Source: Candidatus Kapaibacterium sp.
GTDB lineage: Bacteria > Bacteroidota > Ignavibacteria > Kapaibacteriales > UBA2268
NCBI GenBank assembly: GCA_023957315.1
Contig: JAMLHE010000018.1
Coordinates: forward strand, 1,616 to 65,615
Direction: 5' to 3'
DNA: 64,000 bases
Shown one piece after another: positions 1-11,430 of the stretch (within the stretch, counting starts at the first letter, position 1; each line of letters begins with the position of its first letter). A program made the position numbers and the translations under genes. Under the pieces are notes generated by a model that made no database searches, had not been told where the DNA came from, and saw only the letters and a list, made by a program, of their open reading frames with translations.

Positions 1-1321
1 ACAAATCCAATCTTACAGTTTCGATATATCTGTTTGAACGATTTAATATCACCATGTTGTAACCAAACAAAACATGCTGTTCGCCGGATTCCGGAATTGT
101 TTCTGTTTCAGTCGTAATCAAGCCGCCCAAAGTCTCATAATCGTCGCTTTCGGGTAATTCTTTGGGCAAAATTTCGTTCAAATCTACTATACTTGCAGAC
201 GCCTTTACAATGAACGAATTTTCCGAAATGAACTCAACCAAAGCTTGCTCTTCATCATATTCATCTTGAATTTCGCCAACAAGTTCTTCAAGAATATCCT
301 CCATAGTCACAATTCCGGCTGTACCTCCAAAAGCATCCAGCACTACGGCTAATTGCAAGCGTTTCTGTTGCAGAACCTTGAGCAATGCATCAATATTCTC
401 ATTTTCCTTCGTGTAAACTGTTTCGCGTAAAAAATCTCTCAAATCATTGAGCTTTCCATGCATTTGAGCAATTAAAATATCTCGAGTATTCACAATCCCG
501 ACAATATTATCAATAGTTTGTTCATAAACAGGCATACGCGAATAGCCTTCCTCGATGATTTTCCCGATGATAACCTGAGATTCGGAATTGATTTCTGCTG
601 CTACGATTTTATTCCTTGGCACCATAATTTGCTTCACGGTGGTTTCTGTAAAATCAATCACATTTTCCATCAATTCATGGTCGTCCTCGTCCAAATATCC
701 ACTTTTTGAGCTTTCTTCAATCAAGTACCGAATCTCTTCCGTTCCTTCAGTATTTGCACTGTCTGAATCATCTTTTTGGAAATTATTTTTGGTTTTGTTA
801 TCAATGAACTTGATTAAATGTACTATTGGAAACGTAATAAGGAAAATAATCTGATATAGGAATGCAAAAAATCTTGCCGAAAAAATCAAATTTTTGGATG
901 CGTAATTTTTTGGTATCACCACACCGAAAACATAAGAAAGAATCCCAAAAAGTATGATTGACAATGTCAACAAAGCTATTTTGAGTGCATCATCTGCATT
1001 CTGAATAAAGGCAAAATGCGACACAAATTCATAAAATACTACGGCTGAAACTGCAAATATGACCGTCGAAGCAACATGTTCGGAATATGAATATGTTTTA
1101 AAGTTGTCCGAAATATTCAAAGCCATTCGTGTCAGTGCTGAATTATTTCCGAGTTCGGACTCGTCAAAATAACTGCGAAATCTTTTGAGAGCGTGACCAC
1201 CTGCTTTGATTGAGGCAAAAATAACAAGACTAAGTATAAGCAAAATCAGCAGAATTAGCCAATTCTCGCTGTTGAAATAATTATCGTACCCCGTATAAGG
1301 GTCTCCGCCGGCATTATCCAT
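1..1321 (-). CDS. DUF21(CNNM)-CBS pair-CorC_HlyC domain protein (hemolysin-like/GldE-like); C-terminus cut by window edge
   Basis: Absent from the ORF track because it is open at the window edge. Manual minus-strand translation from ATG 1321..1319 has no stops. It reads MDNAGGDPYTGYDNYFNSENWLILLILLILSLVIFASIKAGGHALKRF... (TM region), ...IMVPRNKIVAAEINSESQVIIGKIIEEGYSRMPVYEQTIDNIVGIVNTRDILI... (CBS-like), then ...VVLDAFGGTAGIVTMEDILEELVGEIQDEYDEE... (CorC_HlyC-like). The start overlaps the recO stop by 8 nt. Confidence 0.75.
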   Translation of the reverse strand, partial: MDNAGGDPYTGYDNYFNSENWLILLILLILSLVIFASIKAGGHALKRFRSYFDESELGNNSALTRMALNISDNFKTYSYSEHVASTVIFAVSAVVFYEFVSHFAFIQNADDALKIALLTLSIILFGILSYVFGVVIPKNYASKNLIFSARFFAFLYQIIFLITFPIVHLIKFIDNKTKNNFQKDDSDSANTEGTEEIRYLIEESSKSGYLDEDDHELMENVIDFTETTVKQIMVPRNKIVAAEINSESQVIIGKIIEEGYSRMPVYEQTIDNIVGIVNTRDILIAQMHGKLNDLRDFLRETVYTKENENIDALLKVLQQKRLQLAVVLDAFGGTAGIVTMEDILEELVGEIQDEYDEEQALVEFISENSFIVKASASIVDLNEILPKELPESDDYETLGGLITTETETIPESGEQHVLFGYNMVILNRSNRYIETVRLDL

Positions 1322-2045
1322 AATTTAGTAAACCTGCACTTTTAAGAACAAACCTTTTGTCAAAATGATAGCTTATATAACGAACAAGAAAGGAAAATAC
1401 TTCTAATCGTTGATTAAAATTTAATTTTAGTCCTTCTAAAGCATCGTAAGGAAGTTCATTAAATTTGCTGATAAGACTGTATGCATCAGCCGAAATCTGA
1501 ATAGTTTTGTCACTTCGATTAGTGCAAGAACATCCGTTTTGCAAACTTACCGTAATATGCTCAAGTGGCGAAATGTCGTGAAGCAACTCAATTTCGGGAG
1601 CAAATCCCATTTCGTTTGAAAATTTCAGCAAGAACGAAGCAAAAATCGCAAATGGGTCGCATGATGCACGATTCAATTCCATGAGCGATTCTTTCAATAT
1701 AAAGCTCAGTTCAGCATTTGGGCTATGCTTTACCTGAGAAATCATAATCGTTTCGGCAATCATCAATCCGTGAATCAAATATTCTGTGTTCGATTGCAGT
1801 TTTCGGATTTTTCCTGTGCTATCGGCATTGGAGAGCAGATACAATTCTGTGCTCGGCTTATGATAAAAGGTGATTTCATCAATCGAAAGCGGCTCGAGTG
1901 CAGAGCCAAACTTGCTTTTGGAATTCCGAGCACCTTTAGCAATCACGCTAATCAGTCCGTGCGAATCGGTATAAAGCGACGCAATCTTGCTTGTATCGCC
2001 TTGTTTGGCAGTTTTTAAAACGACAGCTTCAGTTTTTACAATCAT
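1314..2045 (-). CDS. recO: DNA repair protein RecO
   Basis: 243-aa ORF. The N-terminus MIVKTEAVVLKTAKQGDTSKIASLYTDSHGLISVIAKGARNSKSKFGSALEPLS is a typical RecO OB-fold start, and the length is typical. Confidence 0.85.
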   Translation of the reverse strand: MIVKTEAVVLKTAKQGDTSKIASLYTDSHGLISVIAKGARNSKSKFGSALEPLSIDEITFYHKPSTELYLLSNADSTGKIRKLQSNTEYLIHGLMIAETIMISQVKHSPNAELSFILKESLMELNRASCDPFAIFASFLLKFSNEMGFAPEIELLHDISPLEHITVSLQNGCSCTNRSDKTIQISADAYSLISKFNELPYDALEGLKLNFNQRLEVFSFLVRYISYHFDKRFVLKSAGLLNYG

Positions 2046-2070
2046 TTTTTTTATTTTTTGAAATTTTCTC

Positions 2071-2101
2071 TTTGCAAATTTAAAAAAAATCCTTACTTTT
2101 G
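2071..2101 (+). promoter_or_regulatory. Bacteroidota-type promoter candidate for tRNA-Asn (-33 TTTG / -7 TAnnTTTG)
   Basis: TTTG at 2071-2074, a 19-nt spacer, then TACTTTTG at 2094-2101. The tRNA 5' end lies 13 nt further downstream. Confidence 0.45.
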
Positions 2102-2114
2102 TAATCTAATTTAT

Positions 2115-2188
2115 TCCTGAGTAGCTCAGTTGGTTAGAGCATCTGACTGTTAATCAGAGGGTCCGGGGTTCAAGTCCCTGCTCAGGAG
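2115..2188 (+). tRNA. tRNA-Asn (anticodon GTT)
   Basis: Manual cloverleaf: acceptor TCCTGAG/CTCAGGA, D arm GCTC-AGTTGGTTA-GAGC, anticodon arm TCTGA-CTGTTAA-TCAGA (GTT), T arm CGGGG-TTCAAGT-CCCTG, discriminator G. No encoded CCA. Confidence 0.93.
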
Positions 2189-2197
2189 CGAGGATAA

Positions 2198-2223
2198 AGC
2201 TCACCGAAAGGTGGGCTTTTTTG
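2198..2223 (+). terminator. Rho-independent terminator after tRNA-Asn
   Basis: Stem AGCTCACC / GGTGGGCT (one G-U pair), GAAA loop, followed by a T6 run. Confidence 0.6.
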
Positions 2224-2237
2224 TTGTGGGAACCACA

Positions 2238-2879
2238 TTACCCTTTTCTCAATATTATCATTCGCCCTTCAATACTCATTGACGAATATTTGTATTTGTC
2301 TCTTATCCATCTCATTGTATCTTTTTGATAGATGAAAACATGCGTGTTATCTTTTATATAGTACCAACTGGCAAAATCAATGCTGCTGTCGTAAAGATGC
2401 GTCATCAAATACAAAGTTCCTTTCGGATTTAGCATTTTTGAAAATTTATCAAATTCAAAGACCGGATTATGGAAATGCTCAATTACTTCGCAACATGCTA
2501 TGTAATCGTACTGCTCATTAAGCACTTCAGGGTAATTGTGAAAAATTGGGTCATACATTACGATATCAAATGAATTCTCTTTCAAAACTGTTTCTATCAC
2601 AGGTCCCGTCCCGGCTCCAAAATCTAAGCCTTTGCTATTAGGTGTGTATTCCAGCAATATGGAAGAAGTAATGGGCTCAACAAATTTCCGATATCTTGGG
2701 TCATTGACATCATTATTGTGTGATTCGTATGTTTCTCTCTCTTCTTCTCTTGATGGCAGCAATTCATTTGAACGAAAAAAACCGAAGCACTGACTACAAT
2801 GATAAAAATCATTGCAAAATGAAAAATTATCTACATTCAGGCATAGAGGGCAATAACTATTTGGTTTATTTCTTTTCAA
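2238..2879 (-). CDS. Class I SAM-dependent methyltransferase with N-terminal Cys-rich (zinc-ribbon-like) segment
   Basis: 213 aa. Motif I is GLDFGAGTGPV. N-terminal CPLC...CSQC pairs. Size and shape fit a small-molecule-type MTase. Confidence 0.7.
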   Translation of the reverse strand: MKRNKPNSYCPLCLNVDNFSFCNDFYHCSQCFGFFRSNELLPSREEERETYESHNNDVNDPRYRKFVEPITSSILLEYTPNSKGLDFGAGTGPVIETVLKENSFDIVMYDPIFHNYPEVLNEQYDYIACCEVIEHFHNPVFEFDKFSKMLNPKGTLYLMTHLYDSSIDFASWYYIKDNTHVFIYQKDTMRWIRDKYKYSSMSIEGRMIILRKG

Positions 2880-3000
2880 GTTCTACTAAATATTACTTTG
2901 AAACATAAATGTCAGTTACTCTAATATTGTAACGGATATTTATCCAAAATAATTTTAAGCTGCCTGAAAAGATAGATTAGATCCATACTCTTATGGTTTA

Positions 3001-4056
3001 TTATTCATGCTCTTCATTCAGTAGTCGGTATTTCATTTGCTTGGTTTTCCATCTGTCCATCGCAAATTTTTGCATATCATCAACTTTGTCCTTTTCGTCA
3101 ACAATTTCAAAACCGAGAAGGGTCTCGATTATGTCTTCAAGAGTTGCTATTCCGTCCATTCCGCCGTATTCGTCCGAAACTAATGCTATATGCTCTTTTT
3201 TGTTGAGCATCTCTTCCCAAGCTGTGAATAACGTTGTCGAATCGGAAAAAGTAACAATATCCCTTCTGATGTCTTTTAATTTCAGGTCAAATTGGTCTTC
3301 TGCCAACTTTTCAAATACTAATTCGCGAAAAATATAGCCTGTAATATTGTCGCGATTGCCTTCATATATTGGGATTCTCGAGAAATGTAGGAAATCCTTA
3401 TTCTTCAAAAATTCCTGCAAAGTCATTTCCTCATTTGCAATGACCACCACAATTCTTGGAGTCATTATGTCAGAAATACGGATGCTTTTTAATTTTATGA
3501 GATTTTGAATGATTTTGTTTTCTTTATCGCCGAAAATTCCTTCTTCTGTACCGATATGCGCTAATACTGATATTTCTTCGCGACTTGTGGTCAATTCGGT
3601 TCCTTTGCGGGATAGCAGCTTTGTCAATACTGCCGACATTACAACTAATGGATATGTAACGAAAATCATTGCATTGATAGTATTAGCAGCTACACTCATT
3701 AGTTCACGGCTATAATTTGCACCGAGAGTTTTCGGGATGATTTCCGTAAGTATCAAAATTAATAATGTAAGCACAGCCGATACGATACCAAAATAGGCAT
3801 TTCCAAATATCAAAGTAGCTTGTGCCCCGACTCCGGCAGCTCCAACTGTATGTGCAACGGTATTGAGAGATAAGATTGCCGATAGGGGTCTGTCAACATT
3901 TTCTTTTAACTTGATGAATTTTAACGCAGATTTATCGCCCTTTGAGGCTCTGGCTTTCAAATATGAAAGTGGAGTTGATAAGAGCACAGCCTCCATTATT
4001 GAACAAAGGAAGGATATTGTTAAAGCTGTAAATAAGTAAATAAATAATAGAGTCAT
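3001..4056 (-). CDS. DUF21(CNNM) transmembrane + CBS-pair protein (hemolysin-like)
   Basis: 351 aa. N-terminal TM helices (MTLLFIYLFTALTISFLCSIMEAVLLS...), then ISDIMTPRIVVV... and ...HIALVSDEYGGMDGIATLEDIIETLLGFEIVDE. Paralogous in architecture to the 1-1321 ORF but lacks the CorC tail. Confidence 0.8.
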   Translation of the reverse strand: MTLLFIYLFTALTISFLCSIMEAVLLSTPLSYLKARASKGDKSALKFIKLKENVDRPLSAILSLNTVAHTVGAAGVGAQATLIFGNAYFGIVSAVLTLLILILTEIIPKTLGANYSRELMSVAANTINAMIFVTYPLVVMSAVLTKLLSRKGTELTTSREEISVLAHIGTEEGIFGDKENKIIQNLIKLKSIRISDIMTPRIVVVIANEEMTLQEFLKNKDFLHFSRIPIYEGNRDNITGYIFRELVFEKLAEDQFDLKLKDIRRDIVTFSDSTTLFTAWEEMLNKKEHIALVSDEYGGMDGIATLEDIIETLLGFEIVDEKDKVDDMQKFAMDRWKTKQMKYRLLNEEHE

Positions 4057-4184
4057 AAATTCATCTTTTAGTTAACAAATTGAATCCGATTTATTACTAT
4101 CGGAACATAAATTATCAACACGGTGAAAGTTGGCGTTTAGTTTAGAACGCATCTAAGTTCATTCAAAACAGCAATACAAATTCA

Positions 4185-4799
4185 TTATGCAAAATCTTTC
4201 AAAATCGGTACTTCCCACTCGCTATCAAAAAAATTACGTCCGAGTGGGATTCTCTCACGAGCTTTGAGTTCGTCTTTGTGGTAACTTTCGTCCAGCACCT
4301 CAATTTCAGCTTGATACCCAACTGCAATCATTGCCATCGGAGTGAATCTTTGGTCAATTCCAAATTCTTTTTTCAATTTATCGCCTTCAAAGCCACCCAT
4401 TTGATGTGCCATAAGTCCTAATGAAGTTGCTTGTAGGCATATATTCATACTCGCTGCTCCTGTATCATACTGAGCCCAACGATTATCCTTGCCGGTTTTT
4501 CTGAAAATTGAATCTGCAAGAGCCACAAACAGTACGGGAGCTGTTTGCACCCATTTTTGATTCCATTCGCCAAGACAATTGAAAGCTCTGTCGAAGGCTG
4601 ATTTATTATGGTGATAATCCCATACTATATAGCGGTATGGTTGGTCGTTAAAGCAACTCGGCGCCCACCTTGCTGCTTCGCAAATCGAAACTAACATTTC
4701 GCGAGAAACTCGGCGATTTCGGTCAAATGCTCTCGGACTCCACCGATTTTTGATTACTTCGTTAATTGGCTCGCTTGTAACTGCTCTTTTGATAATCAT
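4185..4799 (-). CDS. Nitroreductase family protein
   Basis: 204 aa. RWSPRAF motif near the N-terminus; ARWAPSCFNDQP and later segments fit the nitroreductase fold. Confidence 0.7.
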   Translation of the reverse strand: MIIKRAVTSEPINEVIKNRWSPRAFDRNRRVSREMLVSICEAARWAPSCFNDQPYRYIVWDYHHNKSAFDRAFNCLGEWNQKWVQTAPVLFVALADSIFRKTGKDNRWAQYDTGAASMNICLQATSLGLMAHQMGGFEGDKLKKEFGIDQRFTPMAMIAVGYQAEIEVLDESYHKDELKARERIPLGRNFFDSEWEVPILKDFA

Positions 4800-4806
4800 A
4801 ATACCC

Positions 4807-5895
4807 CTATGCGTTTTGTGAAATACCTAATTCCCTTAATACCTGAATTACCTCTTTCATATCAACGGGTAGGTCGGATTCAAATTTTAGAAATTCTTTT
4901 GTAACCGGATGCTTGAATCCGAGTGTTTTTGCGTGAAGTAGTTGCCTATTTACCATTTTTAAGCATTTTTTGGAAATCGCATTTATTTCCGGTAAATAGG
5001 TGTAAACTTGTTTATCGCCACCATAACTTGTATCGCCGAATATGGGATGCTTGATATGATTCATATGTACACGGATTTGATGAGTTCTGCCTGTGTGCAA
5101 TTTCAATTTCACAAGCGTTGCAAAATGAAATCGTTCAAGAACTTCATATTCGGTTTTAGCTATTCTGCCATCAGATTTCACTACTGCAAAAATTTTTCTG
5201 TCACGGATTGAACGCCCGAGCATATTTTCAATAACGCCATGGTCCTCTTTTACAATTCCCCAAACTATAGCATAATAGTAGCGTTCGGTGGTACGGTCTG
5301 CGAATTGCTTGCTCAAATTTGCCAAAGAAGCGTCGTTTTTGGCTATGACAAGTAATCCCGAAGTGTCCTTGTCCAAGCGGTGAACAATTCCCGGACGCAA
5401 AGTATCGGATGCGAATATTTGCCCGCTTTCTAACTCTTCGGCTGTATCGTCATCTTCATCATAATCATCCAATTTGATGCTCTCGCGCAATCCGAAATGA
5501 TACAATAGTCCGTTGACAAGTGTTCCGTATCTGTTTCCGTAGCCCGGATGAGTGCACATACCGGCAGCTTTATTGACTACCAAAAGTTGCTCATCTTCGT
5601 AAAATATTTCAAGTGGAAGTTGCTCGGGAATTAATTCAATTGGTGGCGGCTTCATCAATTTGCAGATGATTTGGTCATTTGCTTTGACTTTTTGAGATGC
5701 TTTTGCAAGAGAATCGTTGACTGTGACTAAACCGTCGTCAATTGCTTTCTGAACTTTTGTCCGAGTCGCATTGGCAACGCTTCGAGTCAGATACACATCG
5801 AGCCGTTCGGGTTTATGTGCTTTGGGTACAGAAATTGTAATTATCGTTTCAATATGCTCAGGATATTGCGCTTTTATGTCACTTTCGGTATCCAT
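4807..5895 (-). CDS. rluD: RluA-family 23S rRNA pseudouridine synthase (RluD-like) with S4 domain
   Basis: 362 aa. S4-like RLDVYLTRSV...KVQKAIDDGLVTVN, catalytic HRLDKDTSGLLVIAKN, C-terminal GRTHQIRVHM. Confidence 0.85.
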   Translation of the reverse strand: MDTESDIKAQYPEHIETIITISVPKAHKPERLDVYLTRSVANATRTKVQKAIDDGLVTVNDSLAKASQKVKANDQIICKLMKPPPIELIPEQLPLEIFYEDEQLLVVNKAAGMCTHPGYGNRYGTLVNGLLYHFGLRESIKLDDYDEDDDTAEELESGQIFASDTLRPGIVHRLDKDTSGLLVIAKNDASLANLSKQFADRTTERYYYAIVWGIVKEDHGVIENMLGRSIRDRKIFAVVKSDGRIAKTEYEVLERFHFATLVKLKLHTGRTHQIRVHMNHIKHPIFGDTSYGGDKQVYTYLPEINAISKKCLKMVNRQLLHAKTLGFKHPVTKEFLKFESDLPVDMKEVIQVLRELGISQNA

Positions 5896-5898
5896 ATT

Positions 5899-6579
5899 TT
5901 AATCTTCTTTAGCTGTTGGGCTTATTTTGGATTCTGTTTCATTTATTAATTGTATATTTTCGGTTTCAATTGTATTGGTCTCTTTTTGGGGGAATATGTC
6001 ATGCCATTCGGGTAAATGTTTGTGGAATATAATCAAAAACACAACTCCAACTGTGACACAAGAATCGGCAACATTGAAAATGGGGAAGTGGGTCCATCCC
6101 AGAAAATCAATATCAGGAATATCAACTTGCACAAAGTCAACTACTTTGCCGTAAAATAAGGGCGCATAACCGTAAAATACGCCGTAAAATACTCTGTCAA
6201 TCAGATTTCCGACTGCTCCGGCGAAAATTAATGTAAAGCCAATCAAAATCCCGATTGACCTTTGGGATATTCGCACAATCAACCACGCTAAACCGATGCT
6301 CGCAAAGACTGAAAACAGGCTCAAGAAAATTTTCCCTGCTCCGAATTCGATTCCGAATGCCATGCCCGGATTTTCGATAAATGTCCATAGCAAGAAGTCG
6401 CCAATCACAGGATTTGGCATACCGTACTCTGCACCTTCGTGAACGATGCCGAATAGATTAAAGCCTTTGAAATAGAGTTTGGTGGCTTGGTCGAACAAAA
6501 TTAAGAGCGATGCGACCATGAAAAAAGGATAAATTTTTCTTCTATGTAGAGATTCGTTTTTTTGATTTTCAATTTCCAT
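5899..6579 (-). CDS. lspA: Lipoprotein signal peptidase (signal peptidase II)
   Basis: 226 aa, four TM segments. Motifs NPGMAFG, GAVGNLIDR and FNVADSCVTVG. Longer N- and C-terminal tails than typical LspA. Confidence 0.8.
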   Translation of the reverse strand: MEIENQKNESLHRRKIYPFFMVASLLILFDQATKLYFKGFNLFGIVHEGAEYGMPNPVIGDFLLWTFIENPGMAFGIEFGAGKIFLSLFSVFASIGLAWLIVRISQRSIGILIGFTLIFAGAVGNLIDRVFYGVFYGYAPLFYGKVVDFVQVDIPDIDFLGWTHFPIFNVADSCVTVGVVFLIIFHKHLPEWHDIFPQKETNTIETENIQLINETESKISPTAKED

Positions 6580-6647
6580 TGACTAATTTTTTCTTATTTT
6601 TAAAAATGTAGTGACGATTCATCGTCAATATTGATTATCAATTTTGA

Positions 6648-9118
<2,471 letters not shown>

Positions 9119-9124
9119 AAATTA

Positions 9125-10114
9125 TCAGTTATAAATTTGATACATAATTATTTCGGCAACTCTTAATGCTTCGCTGGCTTCGAATGCACCCACCTGAATA
9201 GGTGAATTTGTCAATATCGAGTCAGCGAAAGCCTTTTGCTCTTCCAGAATTGCGTTGATTTCCTCTACTTGCGGCTTTTCGAAATATATATTTTTGTTCT
9301 TCAAGCCTGTTTCTAATGAGCCGAGCATTGTAGCAGGTGTGCCACTATCCGGTTTTTCGTCATCGGGATAAATTTTGAATACGTCAACTGTATGCTTTTG
9401 GAAGTCAAGCGAGAAGTATGTATCGCGTTGAAAAATTCGCATCTTACGCATTGGATTGGCAGAAATCCTCGAAGCCGTGATGTTTGCCACTGCTCCGTTT
9501 TCGAATGTCAATCTTGCATTTGCAATATCAGTCGTATCGGTCAAAACGTTTACTCCATTTGCATGAACGCTAATAATTTTGGATTTGACTAACCACAATA
9601 TTATATCAATATCGTGAATCATCAAATCATGGATTACCGAAACGTCTCGAGAACGCGGTTTGAACTGACCCAGCCTGTGGGCTTCGATAAATAGGGGTTT
9701 GATGTTGTACTTTTTGATGGCACTAATGGCAGGATTGAATCTTTCCACATGCCCGACTTGAATTTGCACATTATGTCGCTTTGCCAAATCAATCAATTTC
9801 ATGGCGTCGTCGTAAGTTTCGGTAATCGGTTTCTCGATTAAACAGTGTTTGCCACGCTCAATACACGCTTTTGCGATTTCGAAATGTATCGAAGTCGGTA
9901 CAGCAATCGTTACTGCATCTGCGGCTTCGATAGCAGATTCCAAATCATCAAATACTTTGCAATTGTTCTCATCAGCCGAAGCTGTTGCTCGCTCGGGAAT
10001 TATATCTCGAACTCCGACTATCTCGGCGTTTTCGTGTTTTGTCCATAATCTTGCATGAATACTACCTAAATGCCCTACACCAATCACTGAAACTTTTACT
10101 TTTTCCATTGTCAA
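9125..10114 (-). CDS. Gfo/Idh/MocA family NAD(P)-dependent oxidoreductase
   Basis: 329 aa. Rossmann start VSVIGVGHLGSIHARL and the EKP motif (CLIEKPITET). Confidence 0.8.
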   Translation of the reverse strand: MTMEKVKVSVIGVGHLGSIHARLWTKHENAEIVGVRDIIPERATASADENNCKVFDDLESAIEAADAVTIAVPTSIHFEIAKACIERGKHCLIEKPITETYDDAMKLIDLAKRHNVQIQVGHVERFNPAISAIKKYNIKPLFIEAHRLGQFKPRSRDVSVIHDLMIHDIDIILWLVKSKIISVHANGVNVLTDTTDIANARLTFENGAVANITASRISANPMRKMRIFQRDTYFSLDFQKHTVDVFKIYPDDEKPDSGTPATMLGSLETGLKNKNIYFEKPQVEEINAILEEQKAFADSILTNSPIQVGAFEASEALRVAEIIMYQIYN

Positions 10115-10165
10115 ATTTTATATTTTTATTTAATTTAAAATAGAAGAAATTGGCAATGAATTATT

Positions 10166-11062
10166 TCATGCCTTCGGATGCGCTTTTTTGTAGCTTTCTT
10201 TCAGCTTTTCAACTGATAAATGAGTATAAATTTGTGTTGTACTGAGCGATGCATGTCCGAGCATTTCGCTCACGGAGCGGATGTCGGCACCGTTATCGAG
10301 TAAATGCGTCGCAAAGCTATGACGCAATACATGCGGACTTTTTTGCTTCGATTCGCTCACTAAGCCCATTTTGCGATTTATTATTCGATATGCAACCGAG
10401 GCATCGAGTTTTTTTCCCGATTTACCGATGAAGAGATAATCTCCGGAAATTTTTGCAGAGACTTGGCTTCTCAAATTTTTATATTCATCAATTGCCTTGA
10501 TTGCTTTTTCACCAATCGGGACAATGCGTTGTTTGTTGCCTTTGCCGAGTATTCGTATCGTGCCGCTACGTAAATCTAATTCATCTAACTTCAAATTCAA
10601 CGCTTCGCTTATACGCAAGCCGGAACTGTAAATCAGTTCCACCAAGGCATTGTTCCTTGCTCCTTCGGGTGTTGTGGTGTCAAATCCGTCAAGCATTTTT
10701 TCGACTTCATTTTTCAACAAAAACGACGGCAACCTCTTCTCCTTTTTTGGAGTGGTTACAGTCGAACCCGGATTGAGTGTGATTAAATCCTTTTTTTTGC
10801 AATATTTGAAAAAAGATTTAACGGCTGCAATTTTCATTCGGAGCGAATTTCGCTTCAAACCCTTGTCGTGCATCCAACCCAGAAATGGCTTGATGTCATC
10901 GGCTTCAATCATCGAAATGTCAGGATTCTCGCCATATTGCGAAAAAAAATACGACTCGAACTGCTCCAGAGCGGTTTTGTAGCTCTCGACAGTTTTTCCC
11001 GAAAACGATTTCTCGGATTCGCAATAGTCTAAAAATTTATTAATAGCATCTTTTAAATTCAT
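10166..11062 (-). CDS. Tyrosine recombinase, XerC/XerD family
   Basis: Catalytic series GLRISEAL (R), HVLRHSFATHL (HxxR), LGHASLSTTQIYTH (H, Y). The track ORF starts at 11113. I prefer the internal ATG at 11062 (MNLKDAINKFLDY...) because the upstream 17 aa look like spurious hydrophobic read-in. Confidence 0.8.
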   Translation of the reverse strand: MNLKDAINKFLDYCESEKSFSGKTVESYKTALEQFESYFFSQYGENPDISMIEADDIKPFLGWMHDKGLKRNSLRMKIAAVKSFFKYCKKKDLITLNPGSTVTTPKKEKRLPSFLLKNEVEKMLDGFDTTTPEGARNNALVELIYSSGLRISEALNLKLDELDLRSGTIRILGKGNKQRIVPIGEKAIKAIDEYKNLRSQVSAKISGDYLFIGKSGKKLDASVAYRIINRKMGLVSESKQKSPHVLRHSFATHLLDNGADIRSVSEMLGHASLSTTQIYTHLSVEKLKESYKKAHPKA

Positions 11063-11430
11063 TTTTACCCCCACAATGAATAGTACAAAAATTGAGCCAA
11101 AAAAAAATTGCAAATTATTTTCGAAATCTTTGTTACATTTTCCTAAAAATATTGTTATTACATGTATGCAATAATTATTTTGAATATTTGTTTTGTAATA
11201 TTTGTTATGAATTTTAGAATATTTTAAAAGGTAAGCAATGAGAATAATTTTGACCTGTTTTGTTTTGGGATTAGCCGTACTGACAAAGCTTATATCGCAA
11301 CCCCAGTTGCGTATATCATCCCTGATATTGGCGCCCCGGGAATGAATATTTACGTAGAGATAATCGCACCTTATAGGTTTTCAAAACATACGGCAATGAC
11401 GGTTTTCACCTAAACAACCCTGGTGATAAC

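Noticed and set aside
518-854. Two small plus-strand ORFs (63 and 88 aa) at the left edge
   Set aside because: They are antisense to the edge-truncated DUF21-CBS-CorC gene, which I translated without stops from 1321 down to 1.
2238-2879. SAM methyltransferase as the modification partner of the nuclease-like pair at 27.7-29.3 kb
   Set aside because: It is 25 kb away on the opposite strand. It lacks DNA-MTase motifs (no DPPY/NPPY or PCQ), and its size fits a small-molecule MTase.
10166-11113. Tyrosine recombinase as the integrase of a mobile element
   Set aside because: Its size and motifs fit housekeeping XerC/XerD. There are no flanking direct repeats, tRNA target, excisionase or other mobile-element genes nearby, and the neighbours are chromosomal.
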